NCBI GenBank assembly: GCA_964453225.1
Contig: CAYVNS010000006.1
Coordinates: 9,036 to 73,035 of the forward strand
Reading direction: 5' to 3'
Length of the DNA stretch: 64,000 bases
Source: an uncultured Rhodospirillaceae bacterium
GTDB taxonomy: Bacteria > Pseudomonadota > Alphaproteobacteria > UBA9219
Position numbers and translations under genes: made by a program. The stretch's first letter is position 1; each line of letters opens with the position of its first letter. The notes below the pieces were generated by a model. That model made no database searches. It was not told the origin of the DNA and was given only the letters and a program-made list of their open reading frames with translations. Shown piece after piece: positions 27,646 through 38,018 of this stretch.

Positions 27646-28272
27646 CTATAGATTATATGAATTATAAACTCTTCCCCTCAGCAGAACGACACGCGACCGA
27701 TCCTCGTCCTTGCCGTACCACCCATAATTGCCGTCCCTAAGCCTGACATGGCGGACGTCGCAAGAACCCGGAACGGCTTCCGTGCTCGAGACGCACCAAC
27801 TGTTGTTGAAAGAGCCGGTGCCGATGGTCTTATTAAATCGATCGAGCAAGGGATTGGTCTTGCGCGTGGCCATGATCCTTTCGAGATCAGCATTTCTTGC
27901 AAGAATATAGGAACCAGACTTGAATTCGCCTTCCAAAACGGATTGGGCAATTTCGGATTCCAATCCATTCCTCACGCCTTTGCTAAGCGCGGCTGCGCAA
28001 TCAATGGCCTTGCGGCAATTCAGCTGCAAAGGCTCGCCACTGGCGTCTCTTACATAATCGGGGATCAAATTCAGCTTTACGGTATTGCCGTTTTCCGCCT
28101 CTATTTTCCCAAAAGGGATACCGGGATCCGTAATCGACCGGCCAAAAATGGCCGGGAACGTCAACTCCTCCGCCACAGCGACCGCTTGACTCCTGTAGGA
28201 CGATCTATTTTCCAAATTATGTCCCAATGCTTCAGCATAAATTCCTGTTGTTTTTTGAGAGATGTTTTGCAT
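27646..28272 (-). CDS. Hypothetical protein (208 aa), first gene of the AT-rich operon
   Basis: It lies 10 bp upstream of the decarboxylase on the same strand, with an AT-rich promoter-like region upstream. I recognise no motif. Confidence 0.45.
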   Translation of the reverse strand: MQNISQKTTGIYAEALGHNLENRSSYRSQAVAVAEELTFPAIFGRSITDPGIPFGKIEAENGNTVKLNLIPDYVRDASGEPLQLNCRKAIDCAAALSKGVRNGLESEIAQSVLEGEFKSGSYILARNADLERIMATRKTNPLLDRFNKTIGTGSFNNSWCVSSTEAVPGSCDVRHVRLRDGNYGWYGKDEDRSRVVLLRGRVYNSYNL

Positions 28273-28739
28273 AAAGCCGCTCCTTTCAAAGTAATTCAGT
28301 TAGGGCGCCGTAAACTCATCACAAGCGCATCGATCTCGATCTTTGCAGGGATTTGTGACCGGTCCGACAATAGAGACATTGAAAACACCTTGTTTCCCTG
28401 TAAAAGCATCCTCTTCTATAATCATAGTATTATGCGGCTTTATTCACCTTCAATCGATGTTTCCATCGGTATTCAATATACTACATATCTATTTTCTTCA
28501 TTTTCCCAAAAATTATCGCTTTTCAATATTGTAAAACGGTACTCATTTGATGCTCGATGATCCGCTTGATGTTTGGCGCCAAAAAAAAATGCGCAATAGC
28601 ATCAGAGGCGTTACAACGGACGGGCGCAATATTCTCGCTAGCTGCGGTTTCGGTTTCCATTTTGGGCGCGGGCCACGATAAATAATTTTCCGTTTGGAGT
28701 TTTCCAAAGATGAAATCGAAGAATGTTGGCACATGTCCG

Positions 28740-28960
28740 CCTTAAAGGCGATTGGGAAGAATGGTGTGAATTCTTTCTCGATGGAGTCATGGAAACGGCG
28801 ACCCAAGGCTCGGCTGATGCAAAAAGAATTATCAATCTGATAGAGCGCGATCGCAAACGTATCAATGTAATCGGCAAGGCATCGAAGAGCGCCTTAAAAG
28901 TTCATGCGTATCTGCTGAAGAAACCGTTCCTGTCGATCAGCAGGAACCAAAGACGCTTAA
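28740..28960 (+). pseudogene. Decayed copy of the fic 3' end (direct repeat of 21971-22200)
   Basis: LKGDWEEWCEFFLDGVMETATQGSADAKRIINLIERDRKRINVIGKASKSALKVHAYLLKKPFLSIS matches the Fic C-terminus and then is disrupted by a small deletion. There is no start codon or upstream part. Confidence 0.6.
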
Positions 28961-29697
28961 TCCACTGCAATGGTCATTGTGTTGATCCACGCTCGAACCA
29001 TTTTAGGGCTGGAAAATGCACTGTTGCATAATTTGCCTTTGCCAACGCGGGCTGCAATGCCACCGTTTTTCAGGCAAGCACCGATGGCGGATAGATCGGT
29101 TATATCGTCGCCAAGAAAAACAGGCCGTCGACCTTTAAAAGGCGCAGTCTTCATAAGCCGCTCAAGCGCTTGTCCTTTGTCATGAGTGGGCTGGGCAATC
29201 TCAAAAACTTTGCGGCCTCGAATGAGTGTGAGGTCAATTTTAGACTTGCCGATGAGCGCTGCCAGTGTCTTTTCTATTTCTTCGGCTTTTTCGAGCGACT
29301 GTCTGTAATGCACAGCGAGCGTAACGACTTTATCCTCGACACGAACGCCTTTTGTGTTTGCAAAAACCTCAGCAAACTCCAAACGCAGGGTTTCTGGCAA
29401 TGACGCGGTGCTCTTCACAGAACCTTGCGGCGATAAACGCCATTCAGCACCATGTGCGCCGGATGACGGCAGACGCAGGGGGGCAAAGAGTTTATCAATA
29501 TCGTCTATCGTGCGCCCACTGATGAAGGCCAGCGCGCCACCAAGTTTGTCATGCAACCGCCCAAGATCCTGAACCAGTTGCTTTGAGACAACCACCTCCT
29601 GAGCGGTCGGGGCAATATCGAGCAGCGTACCGTCTATATCAAGAAACAGGGCGTCCTTTTCGGGATTGAAGCGTAACCACATTTTTTGAAGTTTCAC
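28957..29697 (-). CDS. otsB: Trehalose-6-phosphate phosphatase (HAD superfamily)
   Basis: [10 protein letters not shown] and FLGDDITD HAD motifs. It sits downstream of otsA. Confidence 0.8.
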   Translation of the reverse strand: MKLQKMWLRFNPEKDALFLDIDGTLLDIAPTAQEVVVSKQLVQDLGRLHDKLGGALAFISGRTIDDIDKLFAPLRLPSSGAHGAEWRLSPQGSVKSTASLPETLRLEFAEVFANTKGVRVEDKVVTLAVHYRQSLEKAEEIEKTLAALIGKSKIDLTLIRGRKVFEIAQPTHDKGQALERLMKTAPFKGRRPVFLGDDITDLSAIGACLKNGGIAARVGKGKLCNSAFSSPKMVRAWINTMTIAVD

Positions 29698-31918
29698 CTT
29701 GGTCGGAAGATTCAGCGATAAAGTGTTCGATGTGCGCGCGCTTGCGCAGAATCGCGGCGTCCATCAAAATGCGCGCGGCCCAGTAATAGACGTTATTGTC
29801 ACGTATAAGCTCACGCATCAAATGCATACGGTCGGTCTGTTCCTCCTTCGGCATTGCTAGCGCCCTGTGCATGGCCTTGGCCATGCCTTTTGCGTCATAA
29901 GGATTAACCAGTAAGGCTTCAAGCATCTCTTTAGACGCTCCTGCAAACGTGCTAAGGATCAAAACCCCTTGCTCGTCGCTGCGGGCGGCGGCGAACTCTT
30001 TAGCGACCAGATTCATACCGTCGTGCAAGCTGCTAACCATGCAAAAATCCGCAGCGCGGAACAGTTCGAAGACCTCGCTTGGTTCGTGATGGCGGCCCAG
30101 AAGTATGATAGGCTTATATTGCTCGTTACCAAATTCGCGGTTGATCGCATCGGCAAGCTCGTGCGTCTCTCGCTGGATTGCCTGATAGGATGGTAACTTA
30201 CTGCGCGTCGGCGCGGCGGCCTGGATAAATATGACATTGCCAAGCCATTCCGGATAAGATGTCAGAAACTCGCGGATAGCTTGGAATCGATCAATAATCC
30301 CTTTCGTATAATCGAAACGTTCAATGCCGACGCCTATACGAACGTCCTTTTTCAGCCCGAACCGTTGTCGCACATTTTGGCGGCAAATATCCGCTGGAGG
30401 AACATCGGCCAGACCTTCCGGTGGCCAAGCAATGGAAATCGGATAAGGCCGGATCAGAGTTGAATTGTCGTCTGCCGTAATGAACGACTGATCGCGGTTA
30501 ATGTTGCTTTCAAGGAAACGATCCACCGACTCCATGAAGTTCTGGCAATGAAACTGGGTGTGAAAGCCTACAACCGAGCTTCCCAAAAGGCCGGACAGGA
30601 TTTCCTCACGCCACGGGCAGATGCTGAAGACTTCGGGGTTAGGCCACGGAATATGCCAAAAGGTGATGATGGTTGCTTCTGGTAACTGCTCTCGTATGTA
30701 ACGGGGTAGCAAGGCAAAATGATAATCCTGAACCAGAACGATGGGATTCTTTGTTTTTGCTTCTTTGACAACGGCATAGGCAAACTTGCGGTTCACGGCT
30801 TTGTATGCCTGCCAATCGCTTTCGCGGAAGTTAGGGCGCACGAAAGCGATGTGACATAAAGGCCAAAGCCCTTCGTTGGAGAGGCCGTAATAGTAACCTT
30901 CTTCCTCATCCTGCGTCAGCCAAACGCGACGCAGTGTGTATTCAGGATCGTCAGGAGGTACGGCTATACGGTCTTCCTTATCGACGGCACAACGGTCCGC
31001 CGAACCGCTGCCATGCGCAATCCACGTGCCCTTGCAAGCACGAATAATTGGCTCTAAAGCCGTAACAACGCCGCTGGCAGGACGTTGTAGACTGACTTGG
31101 CCATCCACAAGGTTGTGAATATATGGCTCACGATTGGAAACAACCATCACCTCGGATTCCGGCAGCTCCTGTTTCAGGAGTCGATTCAAGGTTTGAGGCG
31201 TCCAGTCCACCTTGATGCTATCAAGCGGAAACCCCCCGGGCTTAATATCGCGTAACATCTGCCGGACTTCGCGCACAATAGGCACGAACTCGCGTGGCAA
31301 GTGTTGTTTGGACAAACGCGCCTTAGGATCGCTCAAAGTGAGCCTGAGTTTTCCAAGCCATCCCCTCATGGTGATGCGAGCTGTTAGCAGAGTCACAAAA
31401 GCCGAGACACAGGTAACGGTGATAAGAAAACCGATAAGATAAAGTCGTGTTTCGCCTTCGCGCTTGGAGGCAAAACTCAAATCATGCAGGACGACAAAAT
31501 GGGGTTTCAATACATCTTCAACTGGAAGCCGGAAACTGCCGGAAAGAACGGCGCCCTTTTCCAACTTTTGCACCGAGAATTTAGGTTCCGCCTCTAATAG
31601 AGAAGCAGGACAATCGAAATTAAGCGGCCATTGCGCGCTTTTTGTGACCAGTTTGCCTTCGGCGGAGCAAATGCCAACGGCCAGAACACGCTCATCACGG
31701 GCAATATTGTCAAAAAGCTTTTTATAGGATTCCAGCCGTTTTCCTTGGTTCCATAGATCGGTTAGAGTGTATTCGACGCTTTGAAAAATCAAAGCGGTAC
31801 GCATCTTTACGTCCCTTTGAAACCAGCTAGAGACAAGACCATCCGCTAAGGGCGTGGCGAAAACGGCCAAACTTGTCAGGGCTAAAAGCAATGGAAAAAC
31901 AAAACGCAAAATGAACAT
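29639..31918 (-). CDS. otsA: Alpha,alpha-trehalose-phosphate synthase with ~270-aa N-terminal extension (signal/TM1, periplasmic segment, TM2)
   Basis: The C-terminal ~480 aa form an OtsA GT20 domain ([18 protein letters not shown]). The N-terminus has [21 protein letters not shown] and a second hydrophobic helix [22 protein letters not shown]. Confidence 0.8.
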   Translation of the reverse strand: MFILRFVFPLLLALTSLAVFATPLADGLVSSWFQRDVKMRTALIFQSVEYTLTDLWNQGKRLESYKKLFDNIARDERVLAVGICSAEGKLVTKSAQWPLNFDCPASLLEAEPKFSVQKLEKGAVLSGSFRLPVEDVLKPHFVVLHDLSFASKREGETRLYLIGFLITVTCVSAFVTLLTARITMRGWLGKLRLTLSDPKARLSKQHLPREFVPIVREVRQMLRDIKPGGFPLDSIKVDWTPQTLNRLLKQELPESEVMVVSNREPYIHNLVDGQVSLQRPASGVVTALEPIIRACKGTWIAHGSGSADRCAVDKEDRIAVPPDDPEYTLRRVWLTQDEEEGYYYGLSNEGLWPLCHIAFVRPNFRESDWQAYKAVNRKFAYAVVKEAKTKNPIVLVQDYHFALLPRYIREQLPEATIITFWHIPWPNPEVFSICPWREEILSGLLGSSVVGFHTQFHCQNFMESVDRFLESNINRDQSFITADDNSTLIRPYPISIAWPPEGLADVPPADICRQNVRQRFGLKKDVRIGVGIERFDYTKGIIDRFQAIREFLTSYPEWLGNVIFIQAAAPTRSKLPSYQAIQRETHELADAINREFGNEQYKPIILLGRHHEPSEVFELFRAADFCMVSSLHDGMNLVAKEFAAARSDEQGVLILSTFAGASKEMLEALLVNPYDAKGMAKAMHRALAMPKEEQTDRMHLMRELIRDNNVYYWAARILMDAAILRKRAHIEHFIAESSDQGETSKNVVTLQSRKGRPVS

Positions 31919-32394
31919 TCAGGCTCCCTACTCCTTGTTGGAATTGCGGGCGGATTTGATAAAAGGATTTGAGGAAAGGAGGGACTCGATCCCAACCGCG
32001 TCTCTTGACTAAATCGGCGCTCTATGAATAAAGCGAAAGCTAATTGGATTCATGGAATCAGAGATGTACGCCAACTTATATGTTGAGGAAGTATGGGCAT
32101 TTTGACTCTGAAAAGCAAATTTATGATGAAGCATCTGAAATTGAATAAAAATTAAACTTCTAAACTAAGTTGGTGCTTACTATTGTTTCATTATGACTTT
32201 TCGTCATACCGCGCATGTAAAAACCCGCACGCTTTTTTTTTCAGCATAAGCGCTAAAGATGGCGCAGCCGTTGGGTAATAGGCAATCAGATTTAATAATG
32301 GTTTTCGCAAGAAAAGGCCCTTAAGATATTGAGTCCCACAGCTTTCCAGTCTCACTGATGCTATGGCTTAAATATATCATTTTGGCAGGATGAC

Positions 32395-33087
32395 ATGTCT
32401 CAAACTATATTAAAACCGCGTCAGATAAAGGCGGCTCGCGCCCTCCTCGATTGGTCGCAGGAAGATTTAGCCGAACAGGCCGCTTTGTCGGTCGCCACAG
32501 TTCGAAAGCTTGAAGCTGGCAATTTGTCTCCGCGCGGAAAAACCAATAATGCACTTCGCAAAGCCCTTGAAAACGCGGGGCTTGAATTCCTTGATCCGGA
32601 TGGTGTCCGTCATCGATCCGAAGAAATAATGATTATGGAGGGCGAGGAAGGAGTAAAAGAGTTCTATGACGATGTTTACAACACCGCCAATAAAACAGGC
32701 GGAGACGTAGTATGCGTATCTAAAGATGCGACTGTTTTTTCTCAGTGCCTAAGAGAACATAAACAGGCACACATCGACCGCATGGTGTCGATAATGGATA
32801 AAGCTTCCGTGAAGGTAATCCTCACGGGAAGCAAAACGTCGACGCCGGGAGCGGCTTATGCGGAATACAGATATTTTTCTCAGAGTCTGGTGGACTGCGT
32901 TTTTTTCTATGTCTATGGCGACAAATCGGCATTCAGGCTTCTTAAGCGCGATACTTTCCCTCGTTATATCGTCATTCAATCATCCGAGTTGGCCGACACC
33001 TTACGCCAGCAATTTTACTCCATGTGGGACAAAGCTTTGCCGGTGAGCGTTCCACAAAGAAAGACCTCTCAATCCAAAAGAGGTTGA
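32395..33087 (+). CDS. XRE-family HTH transcriptional regulator with uncharacterised C-terminal domain
   Basis: The N-terminus IKAARALLDWSQEDLAEQAALSVATVRKLEAG is a helix-turn-helix. Confidence 0.6.
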   Translation: MSQTILKPRQIKAARALLDWSQEDLAEQAALSVATVRKLEAGNLSPRGKTNNALRKALENAGLEFLDPDGVRHRSEEIMIMEGEEGVKEFYDDVYNTANKTGGDVVCVSKDATVFSQCLREHKQAHIDRMVSIMDKASVKVILTGSKTSTPGAAYAEYRYFSQSLVDCVFFYVYGDKSAFRLLKRDTFPRYIVIQSSELADTLRQQFYSMWDKALPVSVPQRKTSQSKRG

Positions 33088-33131
33088 AAGTCCCGGAAAC
33101 TTGAGGTGCAAGAAGTGTGCTTTGATTTTCG

Positions 33132-34001
33132 TCAGCGAGCGTAGGTTCTCTCGACGAAGACCTGAGATGTTCCCGAAGGAGCAAGTCGAACAAGATACGA
33201 ATGATAGGGTGCCGAGGGAATCGAGGCGGTGATTGTGCGGCTTCCACCCGCGGGCAGACAGGAAATGGTTCCCCCCACGATGTGCTCGGACGCCGCATCC
33301 CCGGCATTGACAAATCCCCTAACTAAATAGGTCATGGCGTTGACGTCAACATTGCTTGTGTTCTGAACTGTGAAAGAAATCTCCGTTGCGGAAACAACTC
33401 CATCGCCAAGAGCTACATTGTGCCCGGAAGGCCTAACAGCTTGGGGAAGCGTAAAAAGCTTGCTTGCCAAATCCGTGTTTCCTTCCCGCACCTTCAGTAG
33501 AAGTTCGGCTTCTTCGTGCTCGCGCATAGGCACATATCCAGTATAGCCCACGGTTCTTTTTGCCGGGATCGGCTCCAAAGCGGTATCGGTCATGGTCTGT
33601 TCGTTCACGCCCTGGGAGGTGCGATAGGTGGGCGTCATCACAAGATTCGCACCGCTATCAGCGTCTCCCGTATTAATCAAATCAACGACCCATTTCTTCT
33701 CGCACGATGGGCCGGAGGCGGATTGGTTCGAAAAGGTAATACCCCCGATTTGAATGTTGGCCGCGCCCTGCGGGGCGGCGTTGTTGGCGTTTGCGTTCTG
33801 GTCGTTGCTGCTTTGCGTTCCGGCGCCCTGCCCCGTTGGGAAAGGAGCAGCGGATCTGGGAAGGCGTTTGATTTTTTGCTGCGGCGTAACAAGGGCGCCC
33901 GCCTTATCCGTTACAAGTTGCTTGACGGACGGAGTCTCGGCGGAAACAGGAGAAGAAACCAAAAAGATAATGGATGCGGCAACAGAAAGAATCTTTTTCA
34001 T
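33132..34001 (-). CDS. Secreted hypothetical protein
   Basis: Signal peptide MKKILSVAASIIFLVSSPVSAETPS. No recognisable domain. Confidence 0.5.
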   Translation of the reverse strand: MKKILSVAASIIFLVSSPVSAETPSVKQLVTDKAGALVTPQQKIKRLPRSAAPFPTGQGAGTQSSNDQNANANNAAPQGAANIQIGGITFSNQSASGPSCEKKWVVDLINTGDADSGANLVMTPTYRTSQGVNEQTMTDTALEPIPAKRTVGYTGYVPMREHEEAELLLKVREGNTDLASKLFTLPQAVRPSGHNVALGDGVVSATEISFTVQNTSNVDVNAMTYLVRGFVNAGDAASEHIVGGTISCLPAGGSRTITASIPSAPYHSYLVRLAPSGTSQVFVERTYAR

Positions 34002-34016
34002 ACTTACCCCCGTTGT

Positions 34017-34475
34017 TTATTGTGAATCCTCAAGCGCACCGAGCTCCTCGCCCATTTTGCCAAAAGCATCCCGAACCTTTTCGTTCATCATATAGCCTTG
34101 GATCTTCATCATAGCCGCAGGAAGCTTTTCAAAGCTATCCTTTGCGCGCTTCATTTCTTTTTCCGTCTGCACAGACATTTTAGGGGCATCGCCAGCGCTA
34201 ACAGTCTTTTCAAGTTTTTGAAGTTGGGGGATAAGCTCTTTCATCTCGGCCGTGTAACGCTCGATTGCCTTAACCACGTCGTCTGCGTTTTGAGCGGACT
34301 CGATGCCATTGACATAATTTTCCGTGACCGCGGCCTGCTTTTCAAAAACCGCATTTCCATCCCCGCCGCCGGAACCGCCGGCCAACACATAAAGAAACGC
34401 CAAGACAACAGCCCCCAGCAATAGGGCAAGAAAGTATTTTTTGGGGAAATGTTTTTCAGTTTTGGCGGGGGTCAT
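34017..34475 (-). CDS. N-terminally membrane-anchored coiled-coil hypothetical protein
   Basis: The internal start MTPAKTEKHF is preceded by AGGACAATCA. It has one TM helix followed by charged helical sequence. The track ORF extends upstream to 34622 without an RBS. Confidence 0.45.
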   Translation of the reverse strand: MTPAKTEKHFPKKYFLALLLGAVVLAFLYVLAGGSGGGDGNAVFEKQAAVTENYVNGIESAQNADDVVKAIERYTAEMKELIPQLQKLEKTVSAGDAPKMSVQTEKEMKRAKDSFEKLPAAMMKIQGYMMNEKVRDAFGKMGEELGALEDSQ

Positions 34476-34641
34476 TGATTGTCCTGTTTCTTTTCTATGG
34501 GAGAGCGTGCTTGAATATAGGAGCATATCCCAATGAGCGCAAGATGGCAGTCTTTGATCCTTGAGCCTTGCGCGCATTTCACAATCCTTGCGCAGCCAAA
34601 GCTGTTTAGCTTGATTTAACAATGCGCAACTTGCTCTTATT

Positions 34642-35841
34642 TTATAGAAAATTTTCCCGCGCTACGGTTTGCGCATCCGCAATCTTGGGGCGTTGACCTC
34701 CCCTAAGAAAGGCGCACCAGCGATGATCCAGCCCTGCAAAAACGTGGCTCAGCGGAAGAAGAACGCAAAGAGTCGCAAGAAAGCACGTCAAAACGGCGCC
34801 CCTGTACTCTAGCCGCGGGACAAGGAAGACAAAAGCGCCTGCGGAAAAAGACAGGATCAGCGGCACGTGCAAGGCATAGAGCGGGAACGAAACGCGCCCC
34901 AGAAAACGGATGGGTCGCAAAGAAAGCAGGCGGCACGCGCTTTTGTCCACCAAGGCAAGTTGGATAAGGGCGACAGAGGCAACGCCATGAATAAAAACCC
35001 TGCTGTAAAGCTCCAACGGGGCCAGCGTGCCTAGCGCCTTGTAAAAACCTGTCGCGGGCTCTATGTATCCAAGTCCCAGCAGCGCCAAAGCAACGGTTAA
35101 AACCACAACGGGTTTGGAGATCGAATTTGTTTGCCGTGTGCGCCGGCTGTGAAAATAGGCAAGGGCTGTGCCCGCGACAAACAGCGGCAGGTAAACATTT
35201 CCAAAAAAAACAAGCAGCCCCGCGATAACAAAAACCATCGCAGCCTCTTGGGGCCGGCTGTCTCTTACAATGGCGGCCAGCCCAAAAACGATGAAGCTGC
35301 CTACCAGTTCAAGATGCATGGTCCAAAGGCTTGAATTGAACCACGAGTCTTTGATGCTCCTGAAGAAAATATAAAAGGCTCCTTGAGAAACGGCATCGAA
35401 CAGCGAAGTTTCGGGGGAAAGCTGCTGCGATGCGTATCCGAACGTCGCCATCCAGTCGGAGCGCGTAAGTTCCGAAGCCTCCACGTAATGGAAAAGCCCA
35501 AACTTGAACAACCCATAGGATAACAAACACGACGCCAGAACGACGGGAACAAGCCTCGGCCACCGCCTGATGACGGCGCCGGCAACGGATTTACGGGAAT
35601 TCTGAAAAGTGCCGTAGGAAAGGACAAACCCCGAAAGAACAAAAAACAAGGTTACGGAAGCGGCGCCGTTAATCATGAAAAAGAAAGGAGTCTCCATCAA
35701 ATTGCCGCCGGGAATAGCGCCGGCAATATAGCCGTGCCGCTGAGGCGCAAAAGCTAACATGAAATGGTTCAGGAACACGATAAAAGCAGCGATGCCCCTC
35801 ATCCCCTCAAGCTGCTCGATCTTCATGGTTTGATGGCTCAT
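34642..35841 (-). CDS. Acyltransferase family 3 (OafA/OatA-like) integral membrane protein
   Basis: EQLEGMRGIAAFIVFLNHF matches the acyltransferase_3 LDGLRGIAA motif. It is multi-pass hydrophobic. Confidence 0.7.
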   Translation of the reverse strand: MSHQTMKIEQLEGMRGIAAFIVFLNHFMLAFAPQRHGYIAGAIPGGNLMETPFFFMINGAASVTLFFVLSGFVLSYGTFQNSRKSVAGAVIRRWPRLVPVVLASCLLSYGLFKFGLFHYVEASELTRSDWMATFGYASQQLSPETSLFDAVSQGAFYIFFRSIKDSWFNSSLWTMHLELVGSFIVFGLAAIVRDSRPQEAAMVFVIAGLLVFFGNVYLPLFVAGTALAYFHSRRTRQTNSISKPVVVLTVALALLGLGYIEPATGFYKALGTLAPLELYSRVFIHGVASVALIQLALVDKSACRLLSLRPIRFLGRVSFPLYALHVPLILSFSAGAFVFLVPRLEYRGAVLTCFLATLCVLLPLSHVFAGLDHRWCAFLRGGQRPKIADAQTVARENFL

Positions 35842-36007
35842 GGATCCGTTCTCTTCGAAATAGGCGAAAGTGTCCCGATGCCACTTTAGCAATACCGTTT
35901 AAGTAAAGCGACAAGCTTCAAAAGCTGTTTTTGCCTCTCTGAACGACCTTGTGAAACCGCGCAAACGCCCTATAGTGCAGGCTTCGATTACGAAGGGAGA
36001 GCCATTT

Positions 36008-37195
36008 ATGTCATCCGCCGCCGCGTTCGTCCTCAATGCTTCCGCGCCCGAAAGCCCCAAGGGCTTTAAAACGTCCGTCCTGAACATAGGCATCAAGGAT
36101 TCGACGAAGGATTTCGTTTGCATCTTTTCGGAAGCCCCCTGCTCCGCAGCCGGGGTCTTTACGCAAAGCCGCTTTGCGGGGCCGAGCGTGATGCTCAGCC
36201 GCGCCAATCTTGCCAACGGCAACGCGCGCGCTATTGTCGCCATTTCCAAAAACGCAAACGTCGCCAACGGCCCTGCCGGCGAGCAGGACGCCGTTGTTAT
36301 TATCTCCGGCATTGCGCAAACATTGGGCATTCCGGCCGACGAGGTCGTGATCGCGTCGACCGGCGTTATAGGCCGCCGCTATCCGATGGATAAAATTTTG
36401 CCGCATCTTCAAACCTTCGCGGGCTCCATGGCGCCTGCGAATTTCCTGGAAGCCTCGTGGGCTATCATGACGACGGATACCGTGGAAAAATGCGCTTCTG
36501 TCCGCATGGGGGATGCCGTTCTTGTGGGGATCGCCAAAGGCGTCGGCATGATCGAGCCGAACATGGCGACGCTTCTGACTTTTTTCGCGACCGACGCCGA
36601 GATCGACAAGCAGGATCTGGACGCCGTTTTCCGCCGCGTGATGGACCGCACTTTTAATTGCCTGAGCATCGACTCGGATACCTCGACAAGCGACTCGGCC
36701 ATTATTCTTGCCAACGGCACGGCGGGAAAAGTCGATCTTGACGATTTTGAAGCAGCGCTTGAGAAAATCGCGCTTTATCTCGTTCGCCGCATTGCCCGCG
36801 ACGGCGAAGGCGCGACAAAATTACTGGAAGTGAAGATTGACAAAGCCGTCGATTACCAGCAAGCGAAAAAGGTCGCGAAAGCTATCGTTAATTCGCCGCT
36901 TGTGAAAACAGCCATTTACGGCGCCGACCCCAACTGGGGGCGCGTAGCCATGGCCGTCGGCAAGTGCGAAGAGTATCGGGATATCACCCCTGAAAAAACA
37001 ATCATTCGCTTCAACGGCATGGAAGTCTATCCGAAAGCTCTTGGCGAAAGCGACCTTGCAAAACTCAAACAGCTTCTGAAAAAAGAAGAAGTGGCGATCC
37101 ATGTGACGCTGCATACCGGCTCGGCCGAGGCCACGGTTTGGGGCTGCGACCTTTCGCCCGAATATGTGCATATCAACGGCGATTATACGACGTGA
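36008..37195 (+). CDS. argJ: Bifunctional glutamate N-acetyltransferase / amino-acid acetyltransferase
   Basis: ATLLTFFATDA is the self-cleavage/active-site threonine motif. The ATG at 36008 is preceded by GGGAGA. Confidence 0.85.
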   Translation: MSSAAAFVLNASAPESPKGFKTSVLNIGIKDSTKDFVCIFSEAPCSAAGVFTQSRFAGPSVMLSRANLANGNARAIVAISKNANVANGPAGEQDAVVIISGIAQTLGIPADEVVIASTGVIGRRYPMDKILPHLQTFAGSMAPANFLEASWAIMTTDTVEKCASVRMGDAVLVGIAKGVGMIEPNMATLLTFFATDAEIDKQDLDAVFRRVMDRTFNCLSIDSDTSTSDSAIILANGTAGKVDLDDFEAALEKIALYLVRRIARDGEGATKLLEVKIDKAVDYQQAKKVAKAIVNSPLVKTAIYGADPNWGRVAMAVGKCEEYRDITPEKTIIRFNGMEVYPKALGESDLAKLKQLLKKEEVAIHVTLHTGSAEATVWGCDLSPEYVHINGDYTT

Positions 37196-37198
37196 CCG

Positions 37199-37873
37199 AT
37201 GCAGGGATATAAATACCTTTCCGTCATCACCGGCTTTTTCACGGCGACGCTGTTGCTGTCCAATGTGCTGGCGGGAAAGATTTTTGCCATAGGCGGGCTT
37301 ACGTTTCCCGCAAGCGTGATTATGTTTCCGATATCCTATGTGTTCGGGGATATCCTGACGGAAGTTTACGGCTATTCCGCTTCGCGGCGCGTCGTCTGGA
37401 CAGGCTTTGCCTCGCAAATTGCCGCCGTGTTGTTCATTGAAATCGCCAAGGCGACGCCGCCTGCCCCGTTCTGGCACGGGCAAGAGGCCTTTGAGGCCGT
37501 CTTCACCCAAACGCCGCGCATCGTCGCCGGGTCGATCATCGCCTATCTGTGCGGCGAGTTCGTGAATTCCTATGTGCTGGCCAAAATGAAGGTCGCCACG
37601 GAAGGCAAAGGGATGGCGGCGCGCTTCATAGGCTCGACGATCGTCGGAGTCCTTGTCGACACGGCGATTTTCTGCACCGTCGCTTTTTTCGCCACGATGC
37701 CAAACGGCGCGCTGATCTTCCTGATTATCTGCGACTGGATCGCCAAGGTTCTATGGGAAGTCTTTGCGTTGCCCCTAAGCATGCCGTTGTGCCGGTGGCT
37801 GAAAAAAGCCGAGAAGACGGATACCTTCGACCGGGCAACGAACTTCAACCCGTTCATTCTGGGAAACGGGTAA
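37199..37873 (+). CDS. Queuosine precursor transporter (YhhQ/DUF165 family)
   Basis: FPISYVFGDILTEVYGY is the family motif. 224 aa, multi-pass. Confidence 0.7.
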   Translation: MQGYKYLSVITGFFTATLLLSNVLAGKIFAIGGLTFPASVIMFPISYVFGDILTEVYGYSASRRVVWTGFASQIAAVLFIEIAKATPPAPFWHGQEAFEAVFTQTPRIVAGSIIAYLCGEFVNSYVLAKMKVATEGKGMAARFIGSTIVGVLVDTAIFCTVAFFATMPNGALIFLIICDWIAKVLWEVFALPLSMPLCRWLKKAEKTDTFDRATNFNPFILGNG

Positions 37874-38018
37874 TTACGCCGGGCAAGCCATCAGTCCCGG
37901 CTCGCCGCATGCGCCAATCAAGAGTCTTTTCCGAATTCATGGAATCGGTTCTGAAGCGCATCGGCGATTCACCGGATGAAAGCAGGGGCTACTTCCTTCC
38001 ATCCGGACGGATGGCGGT

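Noticed and set aside
28273-28739. AT-rich non-coding stretch with short ORFs (28343-28534 and others) considered as genes
   Set aside because: There is no RBS or conservation signal. It is more plausibly the promoter and leader region of the inserted operon and the junction of the insert.
29969-30463. Short ORFs on both strands inside otsA
   Set aside because: They are internal to a well-supported GT20-family gene and are frame artefacts.
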